Positions 33,459 through 34,411 of a DNA stretch of 34,411 nucleotides are shown here, piece after piece (the stretch's first letter is position 1; each line of letters begins with the position of its first letter). Source of the stretch: Pseudogymnoascus verrucosus (Eukaryota); NCBI GenBank assembly GCA_001662655.1, contig KV460217.1, one strand, 5' to 3'. Below the pieces are notes generated by a model. It was not told the origin of the DNA. It saw nothing but the letters and a program-made list of their open reading frames with translations, and searched no databases. The translations under genes were made by a program, and so were the position numbers.

Positions 33459-34411
33459 CCCCAACCCGCCCAAACCCATCACCACCCGCCCTCCTCCATG
33501 AAGCACTCCCCTCACTCCAAGCCCGAGCCCGCGCATGCACACGTGTCGCATGCATTTGTCTGAGTTGTGCCCCTGCGTCCTCCACCTCGTATGCGGCGTC
33601 GGTTTTATACCCATCTCNNGCATCGCACTCACCTCCATCCCCATCCCCATCGCATCCTCCCCACAAACTGCGAGAGACTTCCCAAGACCGAGTTTCTCAC
33701 CACGTCTCCGGAAAATCTTGTAATCCCATCACGTCACCAAATCACCACCGAATCCCCCTGCGGATTCACCATGCACCGTCGAATCGCAACGACAGATACA
33801 TGCCCGAAAAAGCAGAAGAAAGCAACAGTTGCGTAAGGAATAACTACATCCATTTCAAATGGGATCCCGTGAAGAAAATCCTAAAATCACTTGCACTGCT
33901 CCTCTTCTCCCCTATCAATCATCGGCTCCTCCATCATCGCCGCTTTCTCACCGTTACCACCGCCACCCCCTGCTATCACCGCACCATGCCCACCGCCACC
34001 ACCACCTTCTCAGCATCACCATCAACTCCCGTCACCGCAGCCTCCCCCCACCGCAATCCCAAACACATCCAGCCCACCGCACTGGACATGCCCTGCCATC
34101 AGAGCTGATGCAGCTCCCCTGGGGCCCCCCTTACAACTGGTCGACTCCATTCGTGGAATATGAAATCAAAGTTCACGGCTACCCATTCTCCCTCTCCCCC
34201 AGCCTATTCCTATAAATAACCCCCTTCTCCTTCTCAATTTCTCCCATTACATCACCTGTCTTGCGCTCACAGCTACATACCATTCAATTGTACATACACA
34301 CACAGACCGCACATCACACAAAAATACGCAAGTGGTACACGAAGCGAGACGCGCATAAATACCCATCCCCACCCATCCCTCCCATCAAGAAACAGGCCCT
34401 TTGGCGCAATG

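Noticed and set aside
33310..34215. Short Pro/His-rich ORFs at the right end
   Set aside because: Low-complexity C-rich DNA with N gaps; no consistent gene model could be built.

Overview
Eukaryotic, intron-containing DNA from a filamentous ascomycete (short GT-AG introns with CTRAC branch sites; a Leotiomycete origin is my inference only). From left to right it holds the 3' part of EAF1/VID21, an M16-family zinc metallopeptidase, a 5-exon 88-aa Ish1-like membrane microprotein divergent from RPL38, an IRC20/SHPRH-like SNF2-RING helicase divergent from the F-box gene RCY1, an accessory interval (about 18.3-27.0 kb), an F-BAR/DEP/RhoGAP gene with a GC-AG intron, and an M19 dipeptidase broken by a probable poly-C assembly artefact. 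The accessory interval contains a full-length RIP-inactivated Fot1/pogo transposon, an intact small secreted Cys protein with beta-gamma-crystallin-like motifs, a 10-bp minisatellite, gene and transposase relics, a roughly 80-bp hairpin element and a GT32 glycosyltransferase. I see no clear-cut new multi-gene system. The best leads are the secreted protein, the CACAG-ended hairpin element, the long intronic hairpin in RPL38, a tRNA-like relic and a C/D-box snoRNA candidate. Family assignments come from motif recognition and recall, not from database searches.
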